Assembly (NCBI RefSeq): GCF_902713615.1
Contig: NC_052161.1
Location: forward strand, 60,967,424-61,031,423
Reading direction: 5' to 3'
Source: Scyliorhinus canicula
Taxonomy: Eukaryota
Length of the DNA: 64,000 nt
The translations under genes and the position numbers were made by a program. Shown here piece after piece: positions 52,586 through 64,000 of the stretch. The notes beneath the pieces were generated by a model. That model searched no databases and had not been told where the DNA came from. It worked only from the letters and a program-made list of their open reading frames with translations. Numbering within the stretch: the stretch's first letter is position 1; every line of letters begins with the position of its first letter.

Positions 52586-52880
52586 TGTGGTGATATGCAT
52601 CACTGTAAAGACACAAGGGGTTAATGTAGAAACACTAGAACTAAATAAACTCTAGAGGGAGCACCAGAGACATCATGACACAGACATTCAACCAATAGGT
52701 CAGTAAGATAGGACACGACCAATGGGCAGTCAAGACACCCAGAGGTGACACTACCACCATGGGGCTACCCATATAAAAGGACAGGGCACACATGCTCTTT
52801 CTCTTTCCATAGGCGACACTTAGACAGAAGGACAGGGGCAGATCAGAGCATCACACCCAAGCATTGATTAGAGCAGACTG
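52586..52880 (+). mobile_element. Truncated LTR
   Basis: Starts TGTGGTGA like the other LTRs; two CCAAT boxes and TATAAAAG; no 3' terminus or TSD found. Confidence 0.55.
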
Positions 52881-52999
52881 GGATCCACAGGACAGTGGGA
52901 GCTCATACTGGGAATTTGATGCATCTTATGCCCAGTTGTGGATGTGAGGAAAACATTTTTCCAACTTCCGTTGATGTGGATGTGCTGAGTAGTCGCACA

Positions 53000-55900
53000 T
53001 CAGATGGCTCTCCTCTAGAAATCCGCATAATAGGCACCTTTGGCCGAATTTAGCCTGAAAGTTCGGACTCATTCATCTCCTCAACCACAAAGACAAGGAA
53101 GAAGAAAAGTATGGCAGGAAGCAGGAGTTCGAGCGGGTTGGCGGACCCACGAGGCGAGGGGTCCCTGGCCTCCCCTGGAGTGGGAGACCCGCGACCTGGA
53201 CGCCCGCCCCCCCCCCCCCCCCCGGCCACCGCACCCCCCCCACCCCCCCCCCCCCCCCCCCCCCCCACCCACATGGAGATGATTGGAAGATATTCCTAAC
53301 TAAGGAACCGATTCCAATGAAAGAGGAGCTCAAGGCGCAGATCCAAGTGGTGGTTAGGGTGATGTTGAGGGGTTGCTGGTCGCCATGCAGCTGCCATGCA
53401 TCAGGATGGGAAAGAAGCTGGAGGCCCAGGAGACAATTATTCAAGAGCTCAAAATAGCACCGGCCGAGATAAAAAGGTTGGTAGTGACCCAAAAGAGCCT
53501 GAAGGGGAAAGATAAGGAACAAGAGAACTGATCCAGGTGACAGAAGTCCAAATGGTGGGCTTGGCAGAGGGCTTTGAAAGTGACGCCCAACTGTCTATGT
53601 GGCCCAGATGCTGGGCAACTTGGTTGGAAGTAAAAGCTTCGCCAAGCTGCCGGACATCGATGGAGCTCACAGGTCGCTCCAACCGAAGCCCAAGGCTGGG
53701 TAGCAGCCAAGGGCGATAATAGCCAAGCTGCACAGGTACCAGGGCCAAGTGAGGATCCCGGGCTTGGTAGACCAAAGCAAGCAGTTGGGAAGGACATAGA
53801 ATATGGGCATATCAGGCCATTAGGGCGGACCTGGCAAAGCACAGTTCAACCGCGAGAAGTCAGCCCTGTACAAGAACAGTATAATATTCATGGTGTTATT
53901 CCCAGCCAGGCTCTGGGTGACATATAGAACAAGGAGCATTATTTCATCAACCCAGCAGAGGCGGACGAGTTTGTTCATGCGAACGACCTAAACAAAAGGC
54001 AAACAAGGCAGTGGTGAGGAAGACACAGGGAGAAAAAATGCTGGACATGGGCAAGGACTCATGCCTTGCTATGAGTAGGCGAACTAGCTCATAACAAGGA
54101 AATGGTGAGGACAGCAGAGCACTGGAGAGTGTGAGGAGGAGAGAGAGATGTCAGCAATGGAATGGGCATAGGAGGGGGTCAGAGCAACTCCAAGAGGGGG
54201 GCCACCACATTAGTGGAGAAAGCTACCGCAAGGAAGTAGGGGAGATATAGGGGGGCTGCCAGAGAGTACCTGCTGCGGGGGGGGGGGGGGTTTGGTACAC
54301 GTGGATGGGAGGAAGATAGGGGGACAAATAGAAAGGGGGGAGCACGGGGGGGGGGGGCTGAAAGGGAGATAGAGGGGGAATTGGGACCATGGAGAGAACA
54401 TAATGATAAGAATAGGAAGGGTTGGGCGGCACGGTGGTGCAGTGGTTAGCACTGCTGCCTACGGCGCTGAGTACCTGGGTCCGATCCCGGCCCTGGGTCA
54501 CTGAGTGGAGGTTGCGCATTTTCCCCGTGTCTGCGTGGGCTTCACCCCCACAACCAAAAGTTGTGCAGGGTAGGTGGATTGGCCACGCTAAATTGCTTCT
54601 TAATTGGAAAAAAAAATGATTGGCCACTCTAAATTTATTTTAAAAAAAGAAAGGGAAGGGTTTTAGATTGACTTCAGCAGGTCAGGTTCGGGATGAGGGA
54701 ACACGATGAGGGTAAGCAGCCACTTTGGAGGGTCACTAAACAAAGGGAAACCCCGGAGTGCAGGGGCGCATCCACAATGTACGTATGGTTGATCCCACAA
54801 GAAGTGGGAGACAGAAACCCCCCCGCCAGGATTATCACCTGGAACGTTCGAGGACTTAACGGCCCAGTGAAAAGATCCAGAGTCTTCGCCCATTTGAGAA
54901 ATTTGAAAGTTGACATAATCTTACACAGAAGATAGAACATAGAACATACAGATGTACCTTCCTCTGAGAGATGAACCTGAGGAAGAAGGACTGACTGTGG
55001 GTAAGGAAAGGCTGGGTGGGCCAGACCTACCATTCCTGATACGGGACAAGGGCTGAGGTCTGGAGGGTTAGCTATTTTGATAAGCAAGAGTTCGGTGTTT
55101 ATGGCCACTAAGACGGTTATGGACCAAGGGGGGACGGTATGTCATGCTCAACGGTGCCCTAGACAGAGCACCAGTAGTCTTGGTAAACGTATACGCGCCC
55201 AACTGGGACGACACGGACTTCATAAGGAAGGCCATGGCAGATGATATCGCCATGGCAACACACCGACTCATTATGGGAGGGAACCTTAACTGTGTACAGG
55301 ACCCACTGACGGACAGATCAAACCCCAGAACGGGGAAAACGACAGGCATGGCTAGGGAACTGGGAATGCTTCTGGAGCAGATGGGGGCAGTGGACCCATG
55401 GTGGTTCCTGCACCCAGGTGAAAAGGAATTTTTGTTCTTCTCACTAGTTCACAAGGTCTACGCCCGCATCAACTTCTTTGTAGTGAGGAAATTGGTGCTT
55501 CTAGAAATAGCCAGAGCAGAATACTCCGTGATCATAATCTCTGACCACAAGGAGATTGGATATGACCCTCTTGGCCGACAAGATCTTTTGCCAGAAAACA
55601 TCACAGGCCATAGGCAGGTATGTTTTGAACAAGCGGAACGGGGAAGTTTCACCTTCCACACTCTGGGAGGCATAGAAGGCAGTGATTAGGGGAGGAATTA
55701 CAGCCTCCAAGACCCACAGAAATAGGGAAGAGAGGGCGGCAAGGCAATAATTGATCGACTCCGCACTGGAGGTCGACAGAAGATAAACCAAGGCCCCATC
55801 CGTTGAGCTTCTGGGGGAGAGGAAAAAGCTACAAATGGACTTTAACCCGCTATCCACCAGGAAGGTAGTGAACAAAGAACAAAGAAAATTACAGCACAGG

Positions 55901-58900
55901 AACAGGCCCTTTGGCCCTCCCAGCCTGCGCAGATCCAGAGCCTTTATCTAAACCTGTTGCCTATTTTCCAAGATGCTCCAACTCCGCCAGACAGGGTGGA
56001 CATGGAGGGAATGCTAGCCACCAGCTGGCTCAGCTGCTGAGAAAGCAGCAGCCACAAGGAAAATAGCCCAGGTGAACGATAGCAGAGGCGGACTGGTAGC
56101 CAAACTAACAAAGGTCAACAAAGATTTTGAGGCCTTCTACCGGGAATTGCATACCTCTGAGAACCAATTATGGGGGACTAGAGACGGGGGAGGGGGGAGT
56201 TCGAAGCACCAATAGAACTGGGAGAGGTCATGGAGACCATCAACTCCATGCAAGCAGAGGAGGCTCCAGACTTTTGTAAAGAATCTGCACTTGCTCTCAC
56301 CCCACATCTGCGGGAGATGTTCGCAGACTCATTAGCGAGGGGCTCCCTGCCTCCAATGCTAACACAGGCCACCATATTGCTGACACCCAAAAAAGACAAA
56401 GACCCGATGGAATGCGAATCAGACAGACCCATTTCACTGCTCAATGTAGACGCGAAAATACTCGCAAAAGTCCTGGCCAGGAGAGTGGAGAACTGCGCAC
56501 CAGAGGTGGTCGCAGAGGACCAGACACGCTTTGTCAAGGATGGACAGCTAACTGCGGACACCAGGCGCCTGCTGAATCTGGGGAGAGAACACCCGAGGTG
56601 ATCGTCTTCCTGATGCAGATCAGGTCTTTGGCAGAGTCGAGTGGAAGTACCTCATCAATTACTGGAGCGGTTTGGGCTGGGGACAAGGTTCACCTCATGG
56701 GAGAAACTCTTGCACAACACCCCAAGGTGAGCGTTCAGACCAACACCACTAGCTCTGAGTACTTCCAGTTTCGCACAGCCACCAGGCAGGGATGCCCATG
56801 TCACCGCTCTTGTTCGCTCTGGCAATTGAGCCACTGGAGATCACCCTGTGAGATGCGAGAGGCTGGAAGGGTATCCAAAGAGGTGACAGAGAGCACAGAG
56901 TCTCACAATATGGATGACCTGCTCCTCTACATCTCAGATCTGCAAAATGGCATGAAAGAAATCATGAAGCTGGTGGGAGAGTTTGGAGCCTTTGAGGCTA
57001 CAAACTCAACCTGGGCAAAAGCAAAGTTTTCCTGGTGAACCCAAGAAGGGGAGTGGCAGAGCTGGAGGGTCTACCATTTAAAAGAGCCAGAAAAAAATTC
57101 TGCTACCTGGGGATCCAGATAGCCCACGTCTGTACACAGATCCACAAGTAGAACCAGAACAGTCTGGCAGAGGAAGTTAGAAATGAGCTACAAAGATGGG
57201 ATGCACTCTCACTTCCCCTGGCGGGGAGGGTGTAGACGACGAAGATGAATGTACTGCCCATGTTCCTCTTTCTGTTCAGATCCATACAAATCTACATCCC
57301 AAGGCCTTTTTTCAAGCAATAGGCAAAATGATTATGGTGTTTGTCTGGAGGGGGAAGACTCCAAGCATCCCCAAGACAAAGGAGAAGACGCACGGGAGGC
57401 CTGACTCTCCCGAACTTGCAATACGACCACTGGGCAGTCACGGCCGAGAAAGTGAGGGGATGGGTAAGGGAACCAAACACGGAATGGTTGAGGATGGAGG
57501 AGACCTCCTGTACAAGAACAACCTTCCAGGCCCTCACCATGACAGCACTCCCATCCCCACCAGCAAAACACTCAACCAGCTCAATGGTAGTAGCAACACT
57601 GAGAACCTGCAACCAGATAAGGCAGCACTTCCATCTGACTGAAGTGTTCCCCATGGCCCCCATCTGCGCAAACCACAGATTCCCACCAGCCATGCTAGAT
57701 GCCACCTTTAAGAGGTGGAGACACTGACAGTTTGGGACTTTTACACAGGGGACAGACAAGGGACCCTAGAAGAGCTGATGGAGAGACTAGAACTACCGAA
57801 CAGAGAGGAACATCTGCAAACCAAAAACATTCTCCGCAAGGAGACGACAATGTACCCATGGACCCCGCGAGACACAATGTTGGAGGAGTTACCGGACACA
57901 GCCTGGGAAAGGGGATCTGTGGGAACATATACGAACGACTGTTAAAAAGGACATGCTCCTCCCCACTGGACGAAACAAGGGGAAAATGGGAGGAAGAGCT
58001 AGGGACGGAAGTAGGGTGGGGACCCTAGAACAAAGCACTGAATGGGGCCAACTCCACCTCCTCCTGTGCAAGGCTAAGCCTCATGCAAGTGAAAGTGGTG
58101 GACAGGGCGCTTCTGACAAGAACCAGAATGAGCAGGTTTGAGCCAGAAGTGGAGGACAAATGTGAACGGTGCCAGGGGGGCCTGGCCAACCACACCCACA
58201 TGTTCTGGGCTTGCCACAGACTTGTCGGGTTCTGGACAGCCTTCTTCAAGGCAAATTCCAAGGTTGTGGGGTAAGGGTGGAGCCGTGCCCAAGATTGGCA
58301 TCTTCGGGGTATCGGACCAGCCATAACTTCATATGGGGAAGAGGGCTAACCCCCTTGCCTTTGCTTCCTTAATCCCCTGCCGGAGAATCCTGCTCAGCTG
58401 GCCATCAGTAGCACCACCCACAGCTGAAAGCTGGTTGGCAGATCTATCAGAATTTCTCCACCCCCGGAGAAGATCAAGAACACCATCTGAGGGTCAACGA
58501 TGGCTTCCACAAAATGTTGAACATTTCCACGTCCTGTTCAAAGCCAACAACTGAAAGGGTGGTGGGAGGGCGGAATGTACAGGAGCCACCGTAACAACAG
58601 AAAACGGCCAGGAATGAAAGGTCAGGGGGGGGGGGGGGGGGGCGGAGGAGGGGGGCAACAGGGGCGGGAGAGACAATGGAAAAACCTAGGGGAGGGCCAG
58701 AGAGAGATGGACAGGGGGACCAGAATGGAAGGGAGGCCAAGCGACGGGGAGAGGGAAGTGGGAAGGAGATTACTGCCCACAGACAAACACCGAACAACCA
58801 CCCACGGTGAAATAAAGGGCCTGGGATAAGACAAGACAGCTGAAGAAGGGAAGCGGGGGGGTGTGGGTGGTGGTGGTGGTGGGGGGGGGGGGGGGGTGGG

Positions 58901-59035
58901 GAACGGGGGGGAAGAGGTGCAAAGGGAGGGTGGAGGGTGGGGTGCAAAAAGGAACAACATGAAAGCTGTAACTGTCTCATCTATCTTTATGTTCAGTGTA
59001 AAAACGTAAACTTCAATAAAAATATTTAAAAGAAA
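53000..59035 (+). mobile_element. Near full-length degenerate L1/Tx1 LINE (ORF1 remnant, ORF2, 3' UTR)
   Basis: ITWNVRGLNGPVKR, VNVYAPN, GGNLN, ISDH, RPISLLNVDAK, CERC..HTHMFWAC; AATAAA and A-tail at 59015-59035; nested SINE and CR1 tail. Confidence 0.9.
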
Positions 59036-59333
59036 GGAAAGCCTTTTTCTTACTATGTCACTCTGAACGTGTGCTGGTATGTTGGTACCTAGGCACAGTT
59101 CATCGAAACTATTTCATTGATGGCATGTCATTGTAATCCCAAATCAGTAAATATAAAATGTATTATTTTATGACTTCAAGCATTTGTTGTTGAAGCAGAG
59201 GAGAAAGTCAACAGAGAGCATGTAGCAAGTTCCAACATAATTTTAAAAAAATAATCCCGTGGGGGCCTGGGGGGTGTGCTAATTTGCACCGGTGATGAGG
59301 TTTGACACGTTTTCTATGGATGAACAATCTATG

Positions 59334-59400
59334 ACTTTCGGTTTACAATCTCAAGCAGAATTCTGCAAAATCACCTGACTCGATAAAAAGTATAAAAATA
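59334..59400 (+). promoter_or_regulatory. IFIT-C promoter: ISRE-like element and TATA box
   Basis: ACTTTCGGTTTAC at 59334-59346 and TATAAAA at 59391, 160 and 104 bp upstream of the ATG. Confidence 0.65.
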
Positions 59401-59494
59401 TCTTTGAAAATCTCAGCGCAGGTAGTCCTGTTTCTGCAGCTGATCAGTGGGAGCAAACGTGAAGAATCATCTGAGCCTCTTCATTCTGATCATC

Positions 59495-59499
59495 ATGAG
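59495..59499 (+). CDS. IFIT: IFIT-C coding exon 1 (ATG AG | GTAAGA)
   Basis: catcATGAGgtaagag; 792-bp intron to the acceptor tttcttacAG at 60290-60291, giving MSDAERDSLKVKLLQLQCHFTW. Confidence 0.88.
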
Positions 59500-60291
59500 G
59501 TAAGAGTGATTTTCACTTCAGAATAACAGATACAGTAAAGGATAGTAACAGTATAGTGAAGAAGTGTCATCCTCTGTCTCAGTCCACAGATGCTCCCAGA
59601 TTTGCTGAGTATTTCCAGTGTTTTCTGTTTTTATTTCAGTCACAGTAAAGGTGTCGCTCATTGGTAACATTCCATTCTCAGAGTCAATGGGCCATGGCCA
59701 GTTTTGCAGAGCTGTACTATTGGAGGTGTCAACTGAAATGAAATGAAAATCGCTTATTGTCACGAGTAGGCTTCAAATGAAGTTACTGTGAAAAGCCCCT
59801 AGTCGCCACGTTCCGGCGCCTATTCGGGGAGGCTGTTACGGGAATCGATCCGTGCTGCTGGTCTGCTTGGTCTGCTTTCAAAGCCAGCGATTTAGCCCTG
59901 TGCTAACAGCCCGAATTTTCAGGTTGGATGTTAAACCAGGCCCCAAATGCTGTGGTAACAGTTGGATGAGGCTTCAGGATCTTTGCTGTGACTCTCGTGG
60001 CCTCTTTCCAGGGAGGCTGTGTTTCTGGCTAGTGGAGGGCAATGGGGGTGGTGATGTTGAAGTGCATCCTGATGGTATGGCACAGATTCTACTGGTCATT
60101 TCCCGTCCTGTTGTTTCTGTCTGTTTGTTTGTGTGTTTCAGCTTCCTGTGTCATTATAGTTGTCAGTTTTGGGAGCTGCTTATTAGCTTTTCTGAATTTC
60201 TGGGTTTGCCTGTGTGTAATAATTTCTCCAGTGCTATTTTGTTGCTGAATGTCCAATAAAATGAATAAATATTTAAACATATTTCTTACAG

Positions 60292-61722
60292 TGACGCTGA
60301 AAGGGACTCCCTGAAAGTGAAATTACTTCAGCTGCAATGTCACTTCACATGGAATCTGCAAGTAGAAAACTTCAATTGGGATGATTTGCTGGAACGAATA
60401 CATTATACAATAGAGTCCGATATTGTGAAATATAAAGTCATGCCTTACAATCTACTTACTTTTGTCAACTGGGTGAGAGGAAATCGTGAAGAGTCTTTCA
60501 ATAATTTATGGGAAGCTGAAGAGATCCTGAGGAAGTGTCACCAATTAGACATTGATAAATGGAGCATTGTCACCTATGGAAACGCAGCCTGGGTTTATTA
60601 TCACGTAGGAGAGCTGGAAGAAGCTCAGTCCTACCTCGACAAACTGGAGAAGATCTGTCAACAATTTCCTGATGCCTCTCGGTACACAGCAATGTTACCT
60701 GAAGTATACGGGGAGAAGGGTTGGTCACTGTTGAAATTTGGCTGGAAATATTATGAAGAGGCAAGTAAATGTACTGAGAAGGCAGTGACAGAGGATGCTG
60801 ATAACGTTGAATGGAATACAGTTCATGCAACTGTGATGTTTCGAATTAAAGAAACCTTTGGTGACCCACGGCTTCCTGAACACTGCAAAGTAGTGAAGCA
60901 GTTACACCGTGCATTAGCACTGAACCCAAAGGACTCTTTTCTCAAGATCATGTTGGCTCTTAGACTACAGGAATTTGATCAAGAAGAAGAATTTACAGAT
61001 TATTGGAGGAAGTGCTGCAGAATTCACCTGATGATCCGTATATAATTCAATACGCAGCCAAAGGTTTAAGAAGAGCACGATACCTTGATTATGCCTTGCA
61101 GATATTGAAAAAGGCACTGAGGTTAAGACCAAATTCTGCACTCCTTCACCACCAGATCGGCTTATGCTACAAAAATCGACTGAAGAAAATGTCTCATAAA
61201 TATTACGCTCCGCAAGAAAGAAAAGAATTGATTGAACTTTGCAAGTACCATTTTCAAAAAGCGTTCGATCAGAAATCCTCACTATTTTGCGCATTACTCG
61301 ATCTGGCAGAAATCTATGAAGAAACTCAAGAATATTCCAAAGTCGATGAGATCTACGAAAAACTGATTAGAATTGAGGATTGCAACCGTCTGAGCAGACA
61401 ATTAATACTGTGGAATTACGGATTGTACCAGCGTGACGTAAAAAAATCCCTGCGTAATGCCATTCAGCATTTCAAGGAATGCTTAAAACTCAAAGTTCCG
61501 AGCAAGAAGCACGACAAATGTCATTCAATATTGCAACAAATTGCTGAAGATCGACTGGACGAATATTCAAGAGACAGTGTAGCCTTTGGCATATTGGGAC
61601 TAATACACCAACTCGATGGCAAGAAATCAGAAGCCATTGGATTCTTTGAGAGAGCCCTGGAATGCGATCCTCATAATGAAGAATTTCAAAGTGCCCTTCG
61701 TGAACTGCAGCAGGCGCCATAG
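60292..61722 (+). CDS. IFIT: IFIT-family protein (IFIT-C) exon 2 with one apparent 1-nt deletion at ~60992 (young pseudogene or assembly error; 478 aa if repaired)
   Basis: ORFs 60317-61045 and 61003-61722 align consecutively to IFIT-B; no other lesion; AATAAA at 61790-61795. Confidence 0.9.
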
Positions 61723-62619
61723 AACAATGTTAAAGTGCATCTCTGATTTACCTGGGAACCTGATTCCTTTTCTCTGTCAGTTTCTTTGTAATAAATAGGT
61801 CACAAGTACTTTGGAGATTAATTGATATGTTAGTGTGCAGGATTGAACAGGACACAGGGTTAAGGATGGGAGGCAGCAGGGCATGGAACATAGCAGAGAT
61901 CCAGTCAGGATGCCTCACTGATGCAGTCCCTCCGCCCGGCAGGTTTCTCCATGGCAGGAGCAAAGGTCTATCATTTTCCCACTTAATGCAGACAAGCAGT
62001 TAATTTGAATATTAAAGGTGAATTTCCTAGCCTGCAATCCTGAGAAAATGTGTGTGTATCGCAGAATCAAAAAGCCAACCAGAAGCGCCCTATAAAAGTA
62101 TATCGCCAACACTCTCTCTGAATTAGGTCGGCAGAGACCACAGCTGAAATGGAAACCGGAAACCTTCTTCACAAAACTGCAGAACACCGGAATATCGAGA
62201 CCAACTATTCACCTGCTGAAACCAGCACTACTGGAGTCTCGAATTGCAATGGCCACAACATTCACTCATCTACTTCTCACGTGTCAAGGATTGTTTTGGA
62301 TACTTTTATTTAATCCCTTACTTACTGTGGACTGAATTCTTACTTGTAATCTGTTGGAAGATTTTTATCATTTTGGCATGTGTTTTTATCATTTTCTTGC
62401 CTTTTGTAGTTAGTAAACTCACTCTATCTTTAACTTAAGAAAGTCTGTTTAAATTGGATCCTTTTAAAATATAAATGTTGAATCTGGGGAAAGGTGGACG
62501 TGAAAGGCAGCATCCCTTTTAGATTAATCTTGATGCGACCAGCAGAGGGGGCTGAATAAAGAAAGAGAGTAGGTTCATCCCTCCTGACCTGCGGCTTAAC
62601 AACTGTTTCTTAAATTCAT

Positions 62620-64000
62620 TTTTATGGGATGTGGGTTTTGCTAATTACCATCACTAATTGCCCTTGAGAAGGTAGTGGTGAATTGCCTTCTGGAACCGCT
62701 GCAGTCCATGAGTTGTCGGTACACCCACTGTGCTGTTGGGGAGGGAGTTCCAGGATTTTGACCCAGCGACAGCGAAGGTACTGTCTTATATCTCCAATTG
62801 GAGGGAGGGGAACATCCATGTGATGGTGTTCCCATGTATCTCCTGCCCTTGTCCTTCTCGTGGGTTTGGAAGTTGCTGTCTAAAGAACCTTGGTGAGTTC
62901 CAGCAGTGCGTCTTGTAGATGGTACACACTGCTGCTACTGTGCATCGACCAAGGAGGAAGTGAATGTTGGTGGATGAGGTGCCAATCAAGTGGGCTGCTT
63001 TGTGCTGGAGGGTGTCGAGCTTCTTGAGTGTTGTTGAAGCTGCACTCATCCATGTCAGTGGGGAGTATTGCATCACACTCCTGACTTGTGCCTTACAGAT
63101 GGTGGATAAGCTTTGGGGAGTTGGGAGGTGAGTTACTCTCCACAGGATTCCTAGCCTCTGACCTGCTCTTGTAGCCACAGTATTTATATGGTTAGTCCTG
63201 TTCAGTTTCTAGTCAATGGTAACCCCAGGATGTTGATAGTGGGGGATTCAGTGATGATAATACTAACTAATGTCAAGGGGAGTTAGTTTGATTGTTCTTA
63301 TGAGAGATGGTCATTGCCTGGCACTTGTGTGGCACATCCCGACTGTCCCAGTGTTGTACAATTCCCCAGATGTGAGCAAGGAGGATTTGCAAGATTGGTT
63401 GGGCAGAGTATTGTTATTGGTGCCTGGGTCAATGCCGAGTAGTCCAGCCTACTTCATCATTTTTCAGCTTTTCTATAATAGTTTGTTACAGCTAAGTGGC
63501 TTGCTGGTCTATTTCAGAGGGCACTTAAGAGTCAACTACATTGCTATGAGTCTGGAGTTACATGTAAGTCAGGCTCAGTAAGGACAGAAGATTTCCATCC
63601 CTAAAAGACATTAGTGAGTCATATAGACGTCTCCAGTAATCCAGTAGTTTTATGGTCACTAGCTGCTGTGGTGGGATTTGAACTCAGACATTCATCTGGA
63701 TGTTTGGCTTGTTAGTCTATTATCATTACTACTATGTGACTGTTCCTCTACTTTCTGGTCTCTGGTAATGTCCAGGATGTGATGGTGGGGGTTGTTTTAG
63801 TGATGCTAAGACTATTGAACATCAAGGGCAGAATGTTGGATTCTATCTTGTTGGAGATGGCCATTGTCTGCCACTTGAGTGACATAAATAACGCTTATCA
63901 CTTATCAGTCCAAGCCTGAATTTTACCCAGTCTTGCTGCATATGGGCATGGACTGTTTCATTATCTGAGGAGTTACAATTGGTCCTGATCATTGTCCATA
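62620..64000 (-). mobile_element. CR1/L2-group LINE 3' fragments
   Basis: AGQRLGILWRV...KAQVRSVMQYSPLTW..LDTLQHKAAHLI; the 3' tail resembles 5295-5455. Confidence 0.8.

Noticed and set aside
53200-53270. Long C/G homopolymers and poly-Pro/Gly ORFs (also 1107-1132, 42441-42469, 58625-58900)
   Set aside because: Low-complexity tracts within TEs whose lengths are error-prone; no coding evidence.
60985-61003. Programmed -1 ribosomal frameshift in IFIT-C
   Set aside because: No in-frame X XXY YYZ slippery heptamer (GAA GAA TTT ACA); the paralogue is continuous, so a simple deletion or error is more likely.

Overview
Eukaryotic genomic DNA from a cartilaginous fish. The HE1/V-type and Deu-type SINEs, CR1, Tx1/L1 and Penelope repeats are shark-like; a catshark is plausible but not provable here. 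The window holds part of an interferon-inducible IFIT (TPR-repeat, RNA 5'-end sensor) gene cluster embedded in dense transposon debris. IFIT-A (minus strand) has coding exon 2 at 1-436 running off the left edge, a 5-nt coding exon 1 (ATG AG) at 5935-5939 and an ISRE. IFIT-B (minus) has an intact exon 2 at 24080-25562, but its exon 1 is uncertain. An IFIT 3' relic lies at 34489-34667, truncated at an LTR element, and an orphan ISRE plus ATG-AG exon sits at 49336-49467. IFIT-C (plus, 59495-61722) carries a single 1-nt frameshift. Most notable signals: patchy gene conversion between the IFITs over the RNA-binding pocket, a Trp-to-Arg change at the cap-stacking position in IFIT-A, possible exon-1/promoter capture by IFIT-B, and a Mag-like Gypsy element whose primer-binding site is complementary to its own LTR (possible self-priming). 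TE boundaries are approximate unless termini or TSDs are cited. Identities are manual estimates, and human IFIT residue numbers are from memory.
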